A DNA stretch of 64,000 nucleotides from Bdellovibrionales bacterium (lineage in GTDB: Bacteria; Bdellovibrionota; Bdellovibrionia; Bdellovibrionales; Bdellovibrionaceae): NCBI GenBank assembly GCA_031370005.1, contig JANMPT010000028.1, positions 1 to 64,000 of the forward strand, in the 5' to 3' direction. The notes under the pieces were generated by a model. It saw only the letters and a program-made list of their open reading frames with translations, ran no database searches and was not told the origin of the DNA. A program made the translations under genes and the position numbers. How positions within the stretch are numbered: the stretch's first letter is position 1; every line of letters starts with the position of its first letter. Below, piece by piece: positions 8,550-18,444 of this stretch.

Positions 8550-10682
8550 ACTCTTTCTCAAGCGCGACAAGGCCAGGCTACGTGTGAGTTCAATTTCTTT
8601 ATCTGAAACGATTCCCATGTGGCCCTGAATTGCCGCCAATTCAACCCCATGTCTTCTTGCCATTTTATAGATAGTCTTCACTTTATTCCACTCGATATCT
8701 CGTCCCATAGTGAAAGATTCGTATTGTCCCTCAAGTGCTAATAAGGCTGTTTCTGCTAGACAAGCGTAAACAGCCTTTCCTGGCAATCCCAAGTTACAGT
8801 TAATCTGAGCCGGTCCAGGTAAAAGGACCTCTCCGGATTCGATAATTAATACATCAGGTCGCTTTTTTGCATCTTCGACGTCGAAATCCAAAGGACGGGA
8901 GCAGTCGCAAACAACACAACCAGGCTTCAATCTTTCTACATCGATAATTTTCTGATCAAAAGCGGAGGTCGCTGTCACAAGAACATCTGCCACCCCCGCC
9001 AATTCATTGGCATCAGTTGCTGTCAGAATTTGGCAATGGGGAGCCATCATGCGAATTTCCACTGCAAGCTCTGCTAGGCGATTTTGTCTTGGCGCAACTA
9101 AGCAGATCTTATTAAATGTTAGTGCTAGTAATTTCGCAGAGACTTTTCCAATAGAACCGGTCGCACCAATAACCATGGCCATGCCATCAACAAGGCCTGT
9201 GTGAGGATCTTTTTTAAGTAACTTCATCTTTACGACCACCTCGTAAAGAGCCCACAGTGTTGAACTCGCGCTGAGACTATTTCCCGTCGTCACAGGGATT
9301 GGCGAGTTTTTATTAATAGTAAGACCTGAGTCTCCGACAACTTTGGTATAAGCCCCTAGGCCGATGATTTTCGCACCGCGATTGGCAGCATCATAACAAA
9401 TGCCTTCAATCTTAGCATATGTGATCTCTGGGTCTTCTTCTTTGAGCACCTTTGGAGTGGAAAAAAGCGCATATACAATGCCATTGACCTCTCGGCCATT
9501 ATCTTTACTAATCACATGCCTGATATCACCATAAATAATCGGTGGAACTTTTGAAATCAGACGATCAAAAGGATCATTAAATTTTGTAGGCATATTTTCT
9601 AAAACACCAAGTCCCGGAACGCGTAGAATATCTTTATGAGAAAGTGCATGAATAATAAAGGCAAAGTCCGGTTCTTGTTTTTTTAAAATTTTATTTCTGA
9701 TGTTATTAATGCCATGGGAAATCTTCGCCTGCGTTGAGGTGCGATGGCTGACTGTATATTGTCGCGCCAAATGACGAGTTTCCATTTTTGTCGAAATCAG
9801 CTGCTCCCACTCACTAATACTTAAAGGCGCCGTCTTCCCATGGGTTAACCTGAGAGTTGCATCTAAAATTGAGTAATTCATATAAGGACTGACTTTAAAC
9901 TCTTCAGGGAATAAATTAATCATAGAGCGTGGCCCGTATTTCAACGCTTCCTTTTCGGCCGCTGGATGATGGGACCAGACAATCAAGTCTTTACCGCGAA
10001 CAAACTCGACGGCAGAGTCAAACAACAGCAAGAAAGGATAGTCACTGCAAACATACTGAACTTTTTCAACCTGTGAAGCCAAAATAGAGCGTCCCATTTT
10101 CTGTAACTGAGTTTCGGCCAGGGGCGTATTGTTGCGAAGGTCCTTAAGATTTGCCACATTGAGGGCTAACTTTGAAAAGACCATAAGCCCCGGAACTGGG
10201 GCTTTGATCATCAAGGGCAAGCCCAACATAGAATAGGCGTCACCGATAAATATTTTGCCACTGTAGCGATCGCGAAGGAACTCTTCAAGCTCCGTGCTCA
10301 GCATCGCAGCAGGAAAAAAAACTCCCTCCTCGGGACTAATCCTGCCATCTTCAATCATCCCCATCAGGGAGTTAAGATTTGAGATCTCTCGCAAACCAGT
10401 GCCATCACAAAGCGGCACCGAAGTGGGTGTATTCATAATTTCGAGATATTGACGATGCACATAGGTTTTTTCGTCAAGCTTAATCACCGGAGGCAAGCTC
10501 GAAAGAGCAAATGCATCCACGTCGGTTCTCAAATCCTGAATAAGCTTTTTAACGAGATCTACAGAAAAATTCGCCCCAAAACGCTGAACCTCAAAATGGT
10601 GACCGCCAAATTCATATGAAAATGAATCATCCCAGTGAGAACGCCCGAAACTAATCTCAGCGATTCGAAATATACTCATCAT
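8541..10682 (-). CDS. Two-domain oxidoreductase with a C-terminal acyl-ACP-reductase-like NAD(P)-binding region
   Basis: FAFIIH, GLGAYTKVVG, VTTGNS, GATGSIG (Rossmann), CDCSRP and YACLAE resemble cyanobacterial acyl-ACP reductase motifs. The N-terminal ~330 aa is an unrecognised domain. Start set at the ATG after a GAGG RBS. Confidence 0.6.
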   Translation of the reverse strand: MMSIFRIAEISFGRSHWDDSFSYEFGGHHFEVQRFGANFSVDLVKKLIQDLRTDVDAFALSSLPPVIKLDEKTYVHRQYLEIMNTPTSVPLCDGTGLREISNLNSLMGMIEDGRISPEEGVFFPAAMLSTELEEFLRDRYSGKIFIGDAYSMLGLPLMIKAPVPGLMVFSKLALNVANLKDLRNNTPLAETQLQKMGRSILASQVEKVQYVCSDYPFLLLFDSAVEFVRGKDLIVWSHHPAAEKEALKYGPRSMINLFPEEFKVSPYMNYSILDATLRLTHGKTAPLSISEWEQLISTKMETRHLARQYTVSHRTSTQAKISHGINNIRNKILKKQEPDFAFIIHALSHKDILRVPGLGVLENMPTKFNDPFDRLISKVPPIIYGDIRHVISKDNGREVNGIVYALFSTPKVLKEEDPEITYAKIEGICYDAANRGAKIIGLGAYTKVVGDSGLTINKNSPIPVTTGNSLSASSTLWALYEVVVKMKLLKKDPHTGLVDGMAMVIGATGSIGKVSAKLLALTFNKICLVAPRQNRLAELAVEIRMMAPHCQILTATDANELAGVADVLVTATSAFDQKIIDVERLKPGCVVCDCSRPLDFDVEDAKKRPDVLIIESGEVLLPGPAQINCNLGLPGKAVYACLAETALLALEGQYESFTMGRDIEWNKVKTIYKMARRHGVELAAIQGHMGIVSDKEIELTRSLALSRLRKSSI

Positions 10683-11679
10683 AACCTCGCCAAAAATATT
10701 TTTCGTAAGTTTCAAACTCGGGACACCAATTCTGACCTAAAATCTCAATTGTCTTGGTGGAATCATACCTTGGAAACATCAAAAGATAATTCAATTGTTC
10801 TTCTGGAAATTTCACAGTCCATTTCGCTATTTTCGTCAAAATTGATTTTGGAATATAATTAACAAGACTGATTCCACTATGAGAGATCAAAAGGTGCTTT
10901 AAGGTTTTTAAATAAAAATCTTGTATTGGCAGACCCTCTTTCGGGGTCACATGGAAACTCTGGTAACCTTTGACTTCAGTTTCTTGAGACCACTTCACAA
11001 AGCCCAAAATAGCTTCTGCGGCTTTATCCACAGGAACTAAGGGAAGCCGACCCGAAGCTTTTCCGGGGAGCGGAAAAGCTGCTGGAAAGTTTTCGATCAG
11101 CTTACGCGCTTTTTCAAGGGAGCGAAACGCATGATATGGACCATCTATTCGATGAATCATGCCCTTTTCAGAATCCCCAATAAGCACTCCCAAGCGCATA
11201 TTAATGCAAAGTCGAAAGTTTGCAGATTGATTCAAAATGATTTGCTCACCGAGAGCTTTGCTTTCTGAATAGGGGTCCGGAAAGGGGCGACTAAAATTTA
11301 AATCAAAGGGCCTAATCATTTGCAGAGGCGAGTTAATAGCTGCGGCCACAGAGCTTGTATTAATGAAAACAGGAATATTCAATTCACGCGCTACCTTAAG
11401 GGCCGTACCTGTGGCAGCCACGTTCTGCTGAAAAACATCCCTGTGACTGGCACTGAGATCGTAAAGGCCTGCCAAATGAATGAATATATCATATTTATTT
11501 TTTTTGAGAGCTTCAAGATCAAGGCCCGCATTCCAACGAGTTAAATCACCGCGAATTTCCGCATTTTCTGCACGCGAGATCACCTGCACATCGGCAATTT
11601 GACTAAGCCCTGGAAGCACTCTTTGCCCCAAAAACCCAGTGCCACCAGTAAGAAGGACCTTTACTTTTTTCATAGGCAA
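10657..11679 (-). CDS. Extended SDR / NAD-dependent epimerase-reductase (fatty-acyl/thioester reductase-like)
   Basis: TGGTGFLG, HLAGLYD, NTSS, YSESK (YxxxK), RLGVLIGDS...DGPY. Confidence 0.8.
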   Translation of the reverse strand: MPMKKVKVLLTGGTGFLGQRVLPGLSQIADVQVISRAENAEIRGDLTRWNAGLDLEALKKNKYDIFIHLAGLYDLSASHRDVFQQNVAATGTALKVARELNIPVFINTSSVAAAINSPLQMIRPFDLNFSRPFPDPYSESKALGEQIILNQSANFRLCINMRLGVLIGDSEKGMIHRIDGPYHAFRSLEKARKLIENFPAAFPLPGKASGRLPLVPVDKAAEAILGFVKWSQETEVKGYQSFHVTPKEGLPIQDFYLKTLKHLLISHSGISLVNYIPKSILTKIAKWTVKFPEEQLNYLLMFPRYDSTKTIEILGQNWCPEFETYEKYFWRGYDEYISNR

Positions 11680-12677
11680 GTTCCCACAACAACGGGAAGA
11701 CCCTTATGCAAGCATTTTATGGATAATTCTGCGACATCCTTAAAAAGGATTTCTCCATCTCCAAAGAAGGTCATAAGACGTTTTGGATTGAGCGCGCGAA
11801 TTTTGAATTCCTTGAGCTCAAAAGACCTAAAGTTGTTTGACTGACTGACCGTTCCCCTCTTTAGATGTAAAAAAGCACTGAGATGCTCCCTGAGCTTTTG
11901 CGTTTCAGATATAAGTAAATTCACAGTTCCATCGGTATTTGAGGTAAAGGGAGCTGGTAAAAATTTATTGCCAATGCTTGGCTGATTATTTATCAAAATA
12001 ATTGGAGCCTGGGTTGAAAAAGACTTTACTCCAGGCATATCAAATTCCAACTCCCAACCCTTTTGCTCCCAAGTTCTTAGGGCTTCGGCCACCATCATTG
12101 AATAAACACCAGGGCCAATTTTTTTAACAACCTGATATCCTTGTTTCGCAAACATATTTAAAAAACCCGCAGTTTTTGGCAGGCTTGAAACTTTTTGTAA
12201 ATTTGACCTTAATTGATTGGCCAAATCCGCCGTTAAGGCGGGGATACCTAAGCCTCCATTTGTCAACATGTAGGCACTTTTATTACCACTGGTAATCTGA
12301 ATAATATCGATGTGTTTAACTTGACCCTCAAGAATATTGCGCACGGCCTGCTCAATGCGGTGGCTGATCCCAATTTCATGTGCCAAATCATTGGCCGTTC
12401 CCGAGCCCACCACCGCGATTGGCGGAATTTTTGTGAGGTCGTCACGAGTTTTTAAAATAAATTGCAGACATGAGTTAACAGTTCCGTCACCGCCACAAAT
12501 CAAAAAGTAGTCCGTTTTTTGATCCATTTCGTCATTCAAAAATTGGCCCATTTCTTCGAGGGTTCTGGATTTTGAAAACACCAGATCACAACGAAAAAGG
12601 ACCTCTCGGATCTTTTCTTCAATTAATTTCGGGTTTACAGACCCTGCTTTGGGGTTAATTACTACAGAAACTCTCAC
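11670..12677 (-). CDS. Diacylglycerol/lipid kinase family protein (YegS/DgkB-like)
   Basis: INPKAG, GGDGT, GSGTANDLA and GDGE motifs. GTG start after a GGAGG RBS. Confidence 0.85.
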   Translation of the reverse strand: MRVSVVINPKAGSVNPKLIEEKIREVLFRCDLVFSKSRTLEEMGQFLNDEMDQKTDYFLICGGDGTVNSCLQFILKTRDDLTKIPPIAVVGSGTANDLAHEIGISHRIEQAVRNILEGQVKHIDIIQITSGNKSAYMLTNGGLGIPALTADLANQLRSNLQKVSSLPKTAGFLNMFAKQGYQVVKKIGPGVYSMMVAEALRTWEQKGWELEFDMPGVKSFSTQAPIILINNQPSIGNKFLPAPFTSNTDGTVNLLISETQKLREHLSAFLHLKRGTVSQSNNFRSFELKEFKIRALNPKRLMTFFGDGEILFKDVAELSIKCLHKGLPVVVGTCL

Positions 12678-12979
12678 TCTTTTCCTCCACAACCTATAAG
12701 CATAATAGCAAGCCGCATACCAGGACCAACATCTCCACAACCGGAATCATGTTAGAAAAACCATTTTCAGACGTGAATGGGGCTGCGAAAAGCGTCACCG
12801 ACTAAAACCTCAACACCCCCAGAGCGCATAAATCACAGCCTATCCAGTCCTTGGGCTGGCACTACACTTGCTCTACTATTTAGTAACCCCCCATGGCGAC
12901 TAGGCCCTCCCCCCCCACCTGGTCGCCGTTTTTTTTTCTCGACTCCCCTCATGGCCCAAAAGTCTTTTACAATATTCCT

Positions 12980-13735
12980 ATGTGCAAGATCTTCGTATTT
13001 AGTTTTTTCTTTGCCTTTGCTCTACGCGCCGAGGCTCTGCAGGTAATGATAGATCCTGGCCATGGTGGCTTTGACTCTGGGACCTCTCACTTAGGCATCC
13101 AAGAAAAAGATCTTGTATTAAAAGTGTCCACGTATTTAAAAACACTACTCAGCGAAAACCCTCAGTTCAGTGTGCAGATGACTCGTGAGAAAGACCAACA
13201 TTTAAGCCTCAAAGAGCGTGTTAGAAAAGCTGAGAAAATCCCATCAGATTTATTTATTAGTCTGCATGCGAATTCCAATCCTGATATGCGAGTCAAAGGC
13301 ACTGAGCTTTATTTTCAAAACTCACTGCCGCCGGATGAGGAAAGCTTAGTCCTCGCCAATCAGGAGAACCAAACTGAAAGCGCCTCTGGCGAAGGCAGGT
13401 CCAATAGTTCTATGGATTTGCCCTCCAAAAAGGGTGATATCATGGCTATTATAGAGGATCTGCACCGCCAGTACCGTGCAAAGAGCAGCCTCAAGATCAC
13501 TCAGCTCCTTGCCAATGACTGGTCCCATGCGGCTATTAAACAAGCACCTTTTTACGTTGTCTCAAAAACCACTATGCCCGCCGTTCTCGTTGAAGTGGGA
13601 TTCCTTTCTCATCCTGAAGAATCAAAAAAACTAAACACACCGAAGTATCAGCAGGAAATTGCTCAGAAAATCTACAAAGCCATCCTTCAGTACAAAGAAA
13701 TGATGGACAAAATTGAGGGGCAAGCACTAGAGTGA
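12980..13735 (+). CDS. N-acetylmuramoyl-L-alanine amidase (Amidase_3)
   Basis: IDPGHGG, EKD, FISLHAN and PAVLVEVGF zinc-amidase motifs. Signal peptide begins at the ATG at 12980. Confidence 0.9.
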   Translation: MCKIFVFSFFFAFALRAEALQVMIDPGHGGFDSGTSHLGIQEKDLVLKVSTYLKTLLSENPQFSVQMTREKDQHLSLKERVRKAEKIPSDLFISLHANSNPDMRVKGTELYFQNSLPPDEESLVLANQENQTESASGEGRSNSSMDLPSKKGDIMAIIEDLHRQYRAKSSLKITQLLANDWSHAAIKQAPFYVVSKTTMPAVLVEVGFLSHPEESKKLNTPKYQQEIAQKIYKAILQYKEMMDKIEGQALE

Positions 13736-13757
13736 TCATCTCTACAAAGGATGATTC

Positions 13758-14510
13758 ATGCGTGCTCACGGGCGTCTTCCCCATCAGTTAAGAACAATTA
13801 AAATCACTCCAAATGTCTCTGAATATGCAGAAGGCTCTGCGCTTGTGGAGTTTGGCAGAACTCGCGTTCTATGCACGGCAAGTTATGAATCTAAAGCCCC
13901 ACAATGGCTGATGGGCTCTGGAGAAGGCTGGATAACGGCAGAGTATGGCATGCTGCCACGATCCACTCACCAGCGAATGAGGCGCGACAAAACTGCGAGC
14001 GGTGGACGTACTCAGGAAATTTCTCGTTTGATTGGTCGCTCTTTGCGGGCGGCTTTAGATTTTAAAGCTTTTGGTGAAAAGCAAATCATGATTGATTGTG
14101 ATGTGATCAATGCCGATGGTGGAACTCGCACAGCCGCAGTGACAGGCGGCTTCGTAGCCTTGGCATTGGCCCTTAAAAAGCTGCACGGGCTAAGCGAAAT
14201 CAAAAGTATTCCCCTCATAAATTATGTCTCTGCAATCAGCGTGGGCATCCAAGGAAACAATATTTTATTGGATCTTGATTACGACGAAGATTCCACTATT
14301 GGCACAGATATGAATTTCGTAATGACGGACAAGGGTCACTTTGTGGAAGTTCAGGGAACAGCAGAAGACACCCCCTTCACTCGAGAACAGCTCAGCTCTA
14401 TGATGGATATGGCACAGCAGGGCTGCCATGAACTTTTCAAAATTCAGGAAGAAATCGTCGGACCTATTTTTAAACGCACACAGGTCAGCACGCCGATTAG
14501 TGGATTGTAA
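13758..14510 (+). CDS. rph: Ribonuclease PH
   Basis: GWITAEYGMLPRST, RTQEISRLIGRSLR, DCDVINADGGTRTAA, EVQGTAE. Confidence 0.97.
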   Translation: MRAHGRLPHQLRTIKITPNVSEYAEGSALVEFGRTRVLCTASYESKAPQWLMGSGEGWITAEYGMLPRSTHQRMRRDKTASGGRTQEISRLIGRSLRAALDFKAFGEKQIMIDCDVINADGGTRTAAVTGGFVALALALKKLHGLSEIKSIPLINYVSAISVGIQGNNILLDLDYDEDSTIGTDMNFVMTDKGHFVEVQGTAEDTPFTREQLSSMMDMAQQGCHELFKIQEEIVGPIFKRTQVSTPISGL

Positions 14511-14511
14511 A

Positions 14512-15102
14512 ATGGAACTTTGGATTGCCACAGGAAATAAGGGAAAGGTGAATGAGTACCGCCTCGCCCTTAAGGAGCTTGTTGAACTCAAAGTCTTTAC
14601 TCAAGCAGATATTCCTTCTTTCACCCCACGCCCCGAAGATGGGAAAACATTTCTTGAAAATGCGCGAGTCAAATCTAGAACTCTTAAATCAGTAAAATCT
14701 GGAGTATGGGTTCTTGGCGAAGACTCTGGGCTTGAAGTCGAAGGCCTTAACGGACTTCCAGGCATTCACTCGGCCCGCTACGCTGGTGCCAAAGCCTCCG
14801 ACAGCGAAAACATAGCCAAACTGCTGAAAATGATGTCAATTCGTCCGATCGCTAATCGCAATGCTCACTTTATTTGTTCCACTGTAATCTTTACGCCGAC
14901 TGGTGAGGAATGGAATTTCGAAGGCATAATGAAGGGCACCATTTCGTCAAAACCCTTAGGAAAAATGGGCTTTGGATATGATCCTGTATTTATCCCGGAG
15001 GGACAAACACAGACCCTTGCAGAATTGGGCCCTGGCTATAAGAACCAACACTCTCACCGAGCTCAAGCACTCAAGGCTTTTCTCGAAAAACTAAAGTCTT
15101 GA
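14512..15102 (+). CDS. rdgB: Non-canonical purine NTP pyrophosphatase (RdgB/HAM1)
   Basis: ATGNKGK, EDSGLEV..L.G.PGIHSARYAG, GFGYDPVF, SHR. Follows rph as usual. Confidence 0.95.
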   Translation: MELWIATGNKGKVNEYRLALKELVELKVFTQADIPSFTPRPEDGKTFLENARVKSRTLKSVKSGVWVLGEDSGLEVEGLNGLPGIHSARYAGAKASDSENIAKLLKMMSIRPIANRNAHFICSTVIFTPTGEEWNFEGIMKGTISSKPLGKMGFGYDPVFIPEGQTQTLAELGPGYKNQHSHRAQALKAFLEKLKS

Positions 15103-15192
15103 TAAACTGAATCTAGTTCTAAAAAACTTGCTAATAATTAAACTATTAACTAAAAAGTGACTTCATAAATTCATTCAGATAATCTGACTGCT

Positions 15193-15948
15193 GTGAAGCC
15201 ACTAGCACTCTTTCTTTTTTTACTTCTGGGCTCCATTCGCTTGATGGCTAATGATTCGCCTGAAAACACTGTTTTTGTTGGTATCAATCCCAACCACACA
15301 CTTCCGCTTGTTGAAATTAAAAAAACTTCCGGCAAGTCTGAGGTTAAAAGTGGTATTCTCAAAGATCTGGGCGAAGCAATTCTAAAAGAACTCAAACTAA
15401 AGCCGATCTGGGTTCTGCTTCCAAAAAATCGCATTGCCCCTAGCTTGCTCTCTGGATATGTTGAACTTATTTGTCATATTAACGAAGTTTGGCATCCCAA
15501 AATAAAAGACTCAGTGTTTTGGAGCCATGAGCTTTATCAAAGTACAAATCTTATTGTTACTATTGGAAAAAAACCTATACGAAAAATAGAAGACTTGTAT
15601 GGAAAGCGCGTAGGAACAGTTACAAGTTTTATTTATCAAGATATCGGTAACGCATTCGAAAAAAAACGAATCCACCGTGAAGACGGCCCCAGCAATCACA
15701 GCAATGTTCAAAAACTTATTCGTGGCCACCTGGATTATATCTTGATGTCGAATCTTGAGTTTAATTACTATAAAAAAATCTATCCCAATCTTAAATCCAC
15801 CGACCTTAAGGAGGCCAAAATTCACGTCAAATGCGCTCTCTCAAAAAAATCCAAAGTTACACTTACCCAACTAAACCAAGCCATTGACACAATCAAAAAA
15901 AATGGAACCTATGCAAAAATTATGAAATTCTATTCGGATTTTCACTAA
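15193..15948 (+). CDS. Periplasmic solute-binding protein (family 3-like), orphan
   Basis: Signal peptide, SGILKDL, DLYGKRVG, KLIRGHLDY and LNQAIDTIKKNGT patterns. AT-rich. Confidence 0.7.
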   Translation: MKPLALFLFLLLGSIRLMANDSPENTVFVGINPNHTLPLVEIKKTSGKSEVKSGILKDLGEAILKELKLKPIWVLLPKNRIAPSLLSGYVELICHINEVWHPKIKDSVFWSHELYQSTNLIVTIGKKPIRKIEDLYGKRVGTVTSFIYQDIGNAFEKKRIHREDGPSNHSNVQKLIRGHLDYILMSNLEFNYYKKIYPNLKSTDLKEAKIHVKCALSKKSKVTLTQLNQAIDTIKKNGTYAKIMKFYSDFH

Positions 15949-16016
15949 ATTCTGGACATAGAGCGGGTCCCTTGTTAGCCTCCCCGAAATGCACTTTTTA
16001 ACTCAGGAGACCGCGA

Positions 16017-16964
16017 GTGATGAAGGGCCTAAAGATCTTTACGGGGAATTCACATCCACAACTTGCACACAAGGTCGCCGAAGCCGCTGGTGTTGAGCTC
16101 GGCTTTTCACAGGTCAGCAGCTTTGCCGATGGCGAAGTGCAAATCGAAATCCATGAAAGCGTCCGTGGACAGAATGTCTTTGTAATCCAGAGCACCTGCC
16201 CCCCAGTGAATCAGAGCTATATGGAATTATTTATCATGGTCGATGCCCTAAAAAGAGCCTCCGCCGCGCAAATCACAGCCGTAATCCCCTACTTCGGTTA
16301 CGCCCGGCAAGATCGCAAAGTGGCACCGCGAGCTCCCATTTCTGCAAAATTGATGGCCGACCTTCTAACCACAGCCGGGATCAATCGAGTGGTATCCGTT
16401 GATCTACATGCAACCCAAATTCAGGGGTTCTTTAATGGTCCGGTAGACCATCTCTTTGCCATTCCCACTTTAGCCCGGGCCTGGCGCGTACAGCTTGGAA
16501 TTGGAGCTGATTTTGTTGCGGTGAGTCCTGACGCTGGCGGAGTTGAAAGAACTCGAGCCTTTGCCAAAAGAATTGAGAGTACACTGGCAATTATCGACAA
16601 ACGTCGCTCCGGTCCCAATGAGGCCAAAGCACATCATTTGATTGGCGATGTCGCCAATAAAACTGCGGTCATAATAGATGACATGATTGATACGGCTGGA
16701 ACCCTTACACAAGGGGTTGACAGTCTTGTAAAAAATGGGGCAAAACGTATCTTCGCCGTTGCAACCCATCCGGTTTTATCGGGCCCAGCGATCGCCCGAA
16801 TTAAAGAAAGCCAGATTGAAAAAGTTTGGGTCACTGACACGATACCCCTTTCTGAAGCTGCAAAAGCATGCGGCAAGTTTGAAGTGGTTAGCGTCGCACC
16901 TTTATTGGCAGAAGCCATCAAACGCATCCACGGCAATGACTCGGTAAGCTCGCTCTTTGATTAG
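16017..16964 (+). CDS. prs: Ribose-phosphate pyrophosphokinase
   Basis: FADGE, PYFGYARQDRK, VSPDAGGVERTR, IIDDMIDTAGT. Confidence 0.97.
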   Translation: MMKGLKIFTGNSHPQLAHKVAEAAGVELGFSQVSSFADGEVQIEIHESVRGQNVFVIQSTCPPVNQSYMELFIMVDALKRASAAQITAVIPYFGYARQDRKVAPRAPISAKLMADLLTTAGINRVVSVDLHATQIQGFFNGPVDHLFAIPTLARAWRVQLGIGADFVAVSPDAGGVERTRAFAKRIESTLAIIDKRRSGPNEAKAHHLIGDVANKTAVIIDDMIDTAGTLTQGVDSLVKNGAKRIFAVATHPVLSGPAIARIKESQIEKVWVTDTIPLSEAAKACGKFEVVSVAPLLAEAIKRIHGNDSVSSLFD

Positions 16965-17019
16965 TTAACAAGTGACCAGTATCCAAATGGAGATGGGTCT
17001 ATAAAGAAGGAAGAAGACC

Positions 17020-17784
17020 ATGAAACAACGAATTGACCTAACAATAGAAACTCGCGAAACAGGCAAGCACAACAGCCGCGCTCTTCGCAATGCAAACAAA
17101 GTCCCTGGAGTCATCTATGGCGCTATTGAAAACACGAATGTTTTCGTCGATGTTCGCGATGTTACCAAGTACAACACTCGCGCTTATGAGAACGCCCTTT
17201 TCAACATAAAAAGCACTATCAACAAAGCAAATGGCAAAGTTGTACTTATTAAATCCGTAGACGTACATCCATTGACTCGTCGTCCAGTTCATATTGATTT
17301 CTTTGCGTTGGATCTTACTAAAACCGTTCGCGTTCATATCGAGATCAAACTAGAAGGCAAACCAATTGGCTTGGCCGAAGGCGGTTTGCTGAATATCGTT
17401 CACCGTCAAATTGAGGTTGAATGTCTTCCAACTGAAATTCCTGATTTCATTACTGCAGATGTTTCCAACCTTGGCGTCGGTGATGCTCTTCACGTATCTG
17501 ATTTAACAATCCCAGAGTCCATCAAAGTTATGACTCGTCCAGAAGAGACAATTGCGGTTGTTGCTATTCAAGAGGAAGAAGTGGCGGCCGTGGCCCCAGT
17601 CGCTGCAGCAGCAGCTACTCCTGCAGCCGGTGTCGCAGCTCCTGCGGCTACTCCTGCAGCGGGAGCAAAACCTGCAGCCGGTGCGAAACCTGCAGCCGGT
17701 GCGAAACCTGCAGCCGGTGCGAAGCCTGCAGCCGGTGCGAAGCCCGCAGCAGGAGCAAAACCTGCAGCCGGTGCGAAAAAGTAA
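17020..17784 (+). CDS. rplY: 50S ribosomal protein L25/Ctc with a long Ala/Pro/Lys C-terminal tail
   Basis: RALR..KVPGVIYG, HPLTRRPVHIDF, prs-rplY-pth synteny. Confidence 0.95.
   Translation: MKQRIDLTIETRETGKHNSRALRNANKVPGVIYGAIENTNVFVDVRDVTKYNTRAYENALFNIKSTINKANGKVVLIKSVDVHPLTRRPVHIDFFALDLTKTVRVHIEIKLEGKPIGLAEGGLLNIVHRQIEVECLPTEIPDFITADVSNLGVGDALHVSDLTIPESIKVMTRPEETIAVVAIQEEEVAAVAPVAAAAATPAAGVAAPAATPAAGAKPAAGAKPAAGAKPAAGAKPAAGAKPAAGAKPAAGAKK
17653..17778 (+). repeat. 18-bp coding tandem repeat x7 (consensus CCTGCAGCCGGTGCGAAA) encoding PAAGAK
   Basis: Seven consecutive units read directly, with synonymous variation in some copies. Confidence 0.95.
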
Positions 17785-17803
17785 TTGGCTTAACAACCAC
17801 CCT

Positions 17804-17834
17804 AAAAAGCGGCCTGCAAAGCCGCTTTTTTTTT
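17804..17834 (+). terminator. Rho-independent terminator after rplY
   Basis: AAAAAGCGGC-ctgcaaa-GCCGCTTTTT stem-loop running into a T9 tract. Confidence 0.8.
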
Positions 17835-17848
17835 GGAGATAGATAAAA

Positions 17849-18412
17849 ATGTGGTTGATTGTCGGACTCGGAAATCCTGGAAGTCAATATGCCCTTACCC
17901 GGCATAATATCGGCTTCATGGCGGTGGACTATCACTTGAAAGGACTTGGCAGTCCTGCTTTAAAAACCCAATTCAAGGCCGAAATTTTTCAAATCAAAAT
18001 TGGGGAACATTCAGTGATCTTCTGCAAGCCACAGACTTTCATGAACCTGTCAGGTGAATCTGTACAAGCTCTTTTAGGTTTTTATAAAATCCCCATGGAT
18101 CACTTAATTGTTATACACGACGAAATTGATCTGCCTTTCAATCAAATGAAAATACAAAAAAATCGTGGCCATGGGGGCCATAACGGCATCAAAAGCATCT
18201 CAGGCTTGCTGGGCTCACCCGACTATATTCGTCTCCGTTTAGGCGTAGGTCGTCCGGAGAATCCAATGCTACCAGTTTCTGATTATGTTTTGAACAAGTT
18301 CACTCAGGATGAGTTTAATTTCCTTCCTACTTTTTTAAACAAGGCCTGTGATGCGATCGAGGCTATCATCCGTGATGGTACTCAAAAGGCTTCGACTAAT
18401 TTCAATGTGTAG
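17849..18412 (+). CDS. pth: Peptidyl-tRNA hydrolase
   Basis: LIVGLGNPG, TRHNIGF, KPQTFMNLSG, HDEIDL, GGHNGIKS. Confidence 0.97.
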   Translation: MWLIVGLGNPGSQYALTRHNIGFMAVDYHLKGLGSPALKTQFKAEIFQIKIGEHSVIFCKPQTFMNLSGESVQALLGFYKIPMDHLIVIHDEIDLPFNQMKIQKNRGHGGHNGIKSISGLLGSPDYIRLRLGVGRPENPMLPVSDYVLNKFTQDEFNFLPTFLNKACDAIEAIIRDGTQKASTNFNV

Positions 18413-18444
18413 GGTATAAAAGACCTTCAAAATCAGGAGAGATC

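Noticed and set aside
15949..16016. tRNA-Gln often found upstream of prs
   Set aside because: Only 68 bp of intergenic space, with no cloverleaf or T-loop motif.
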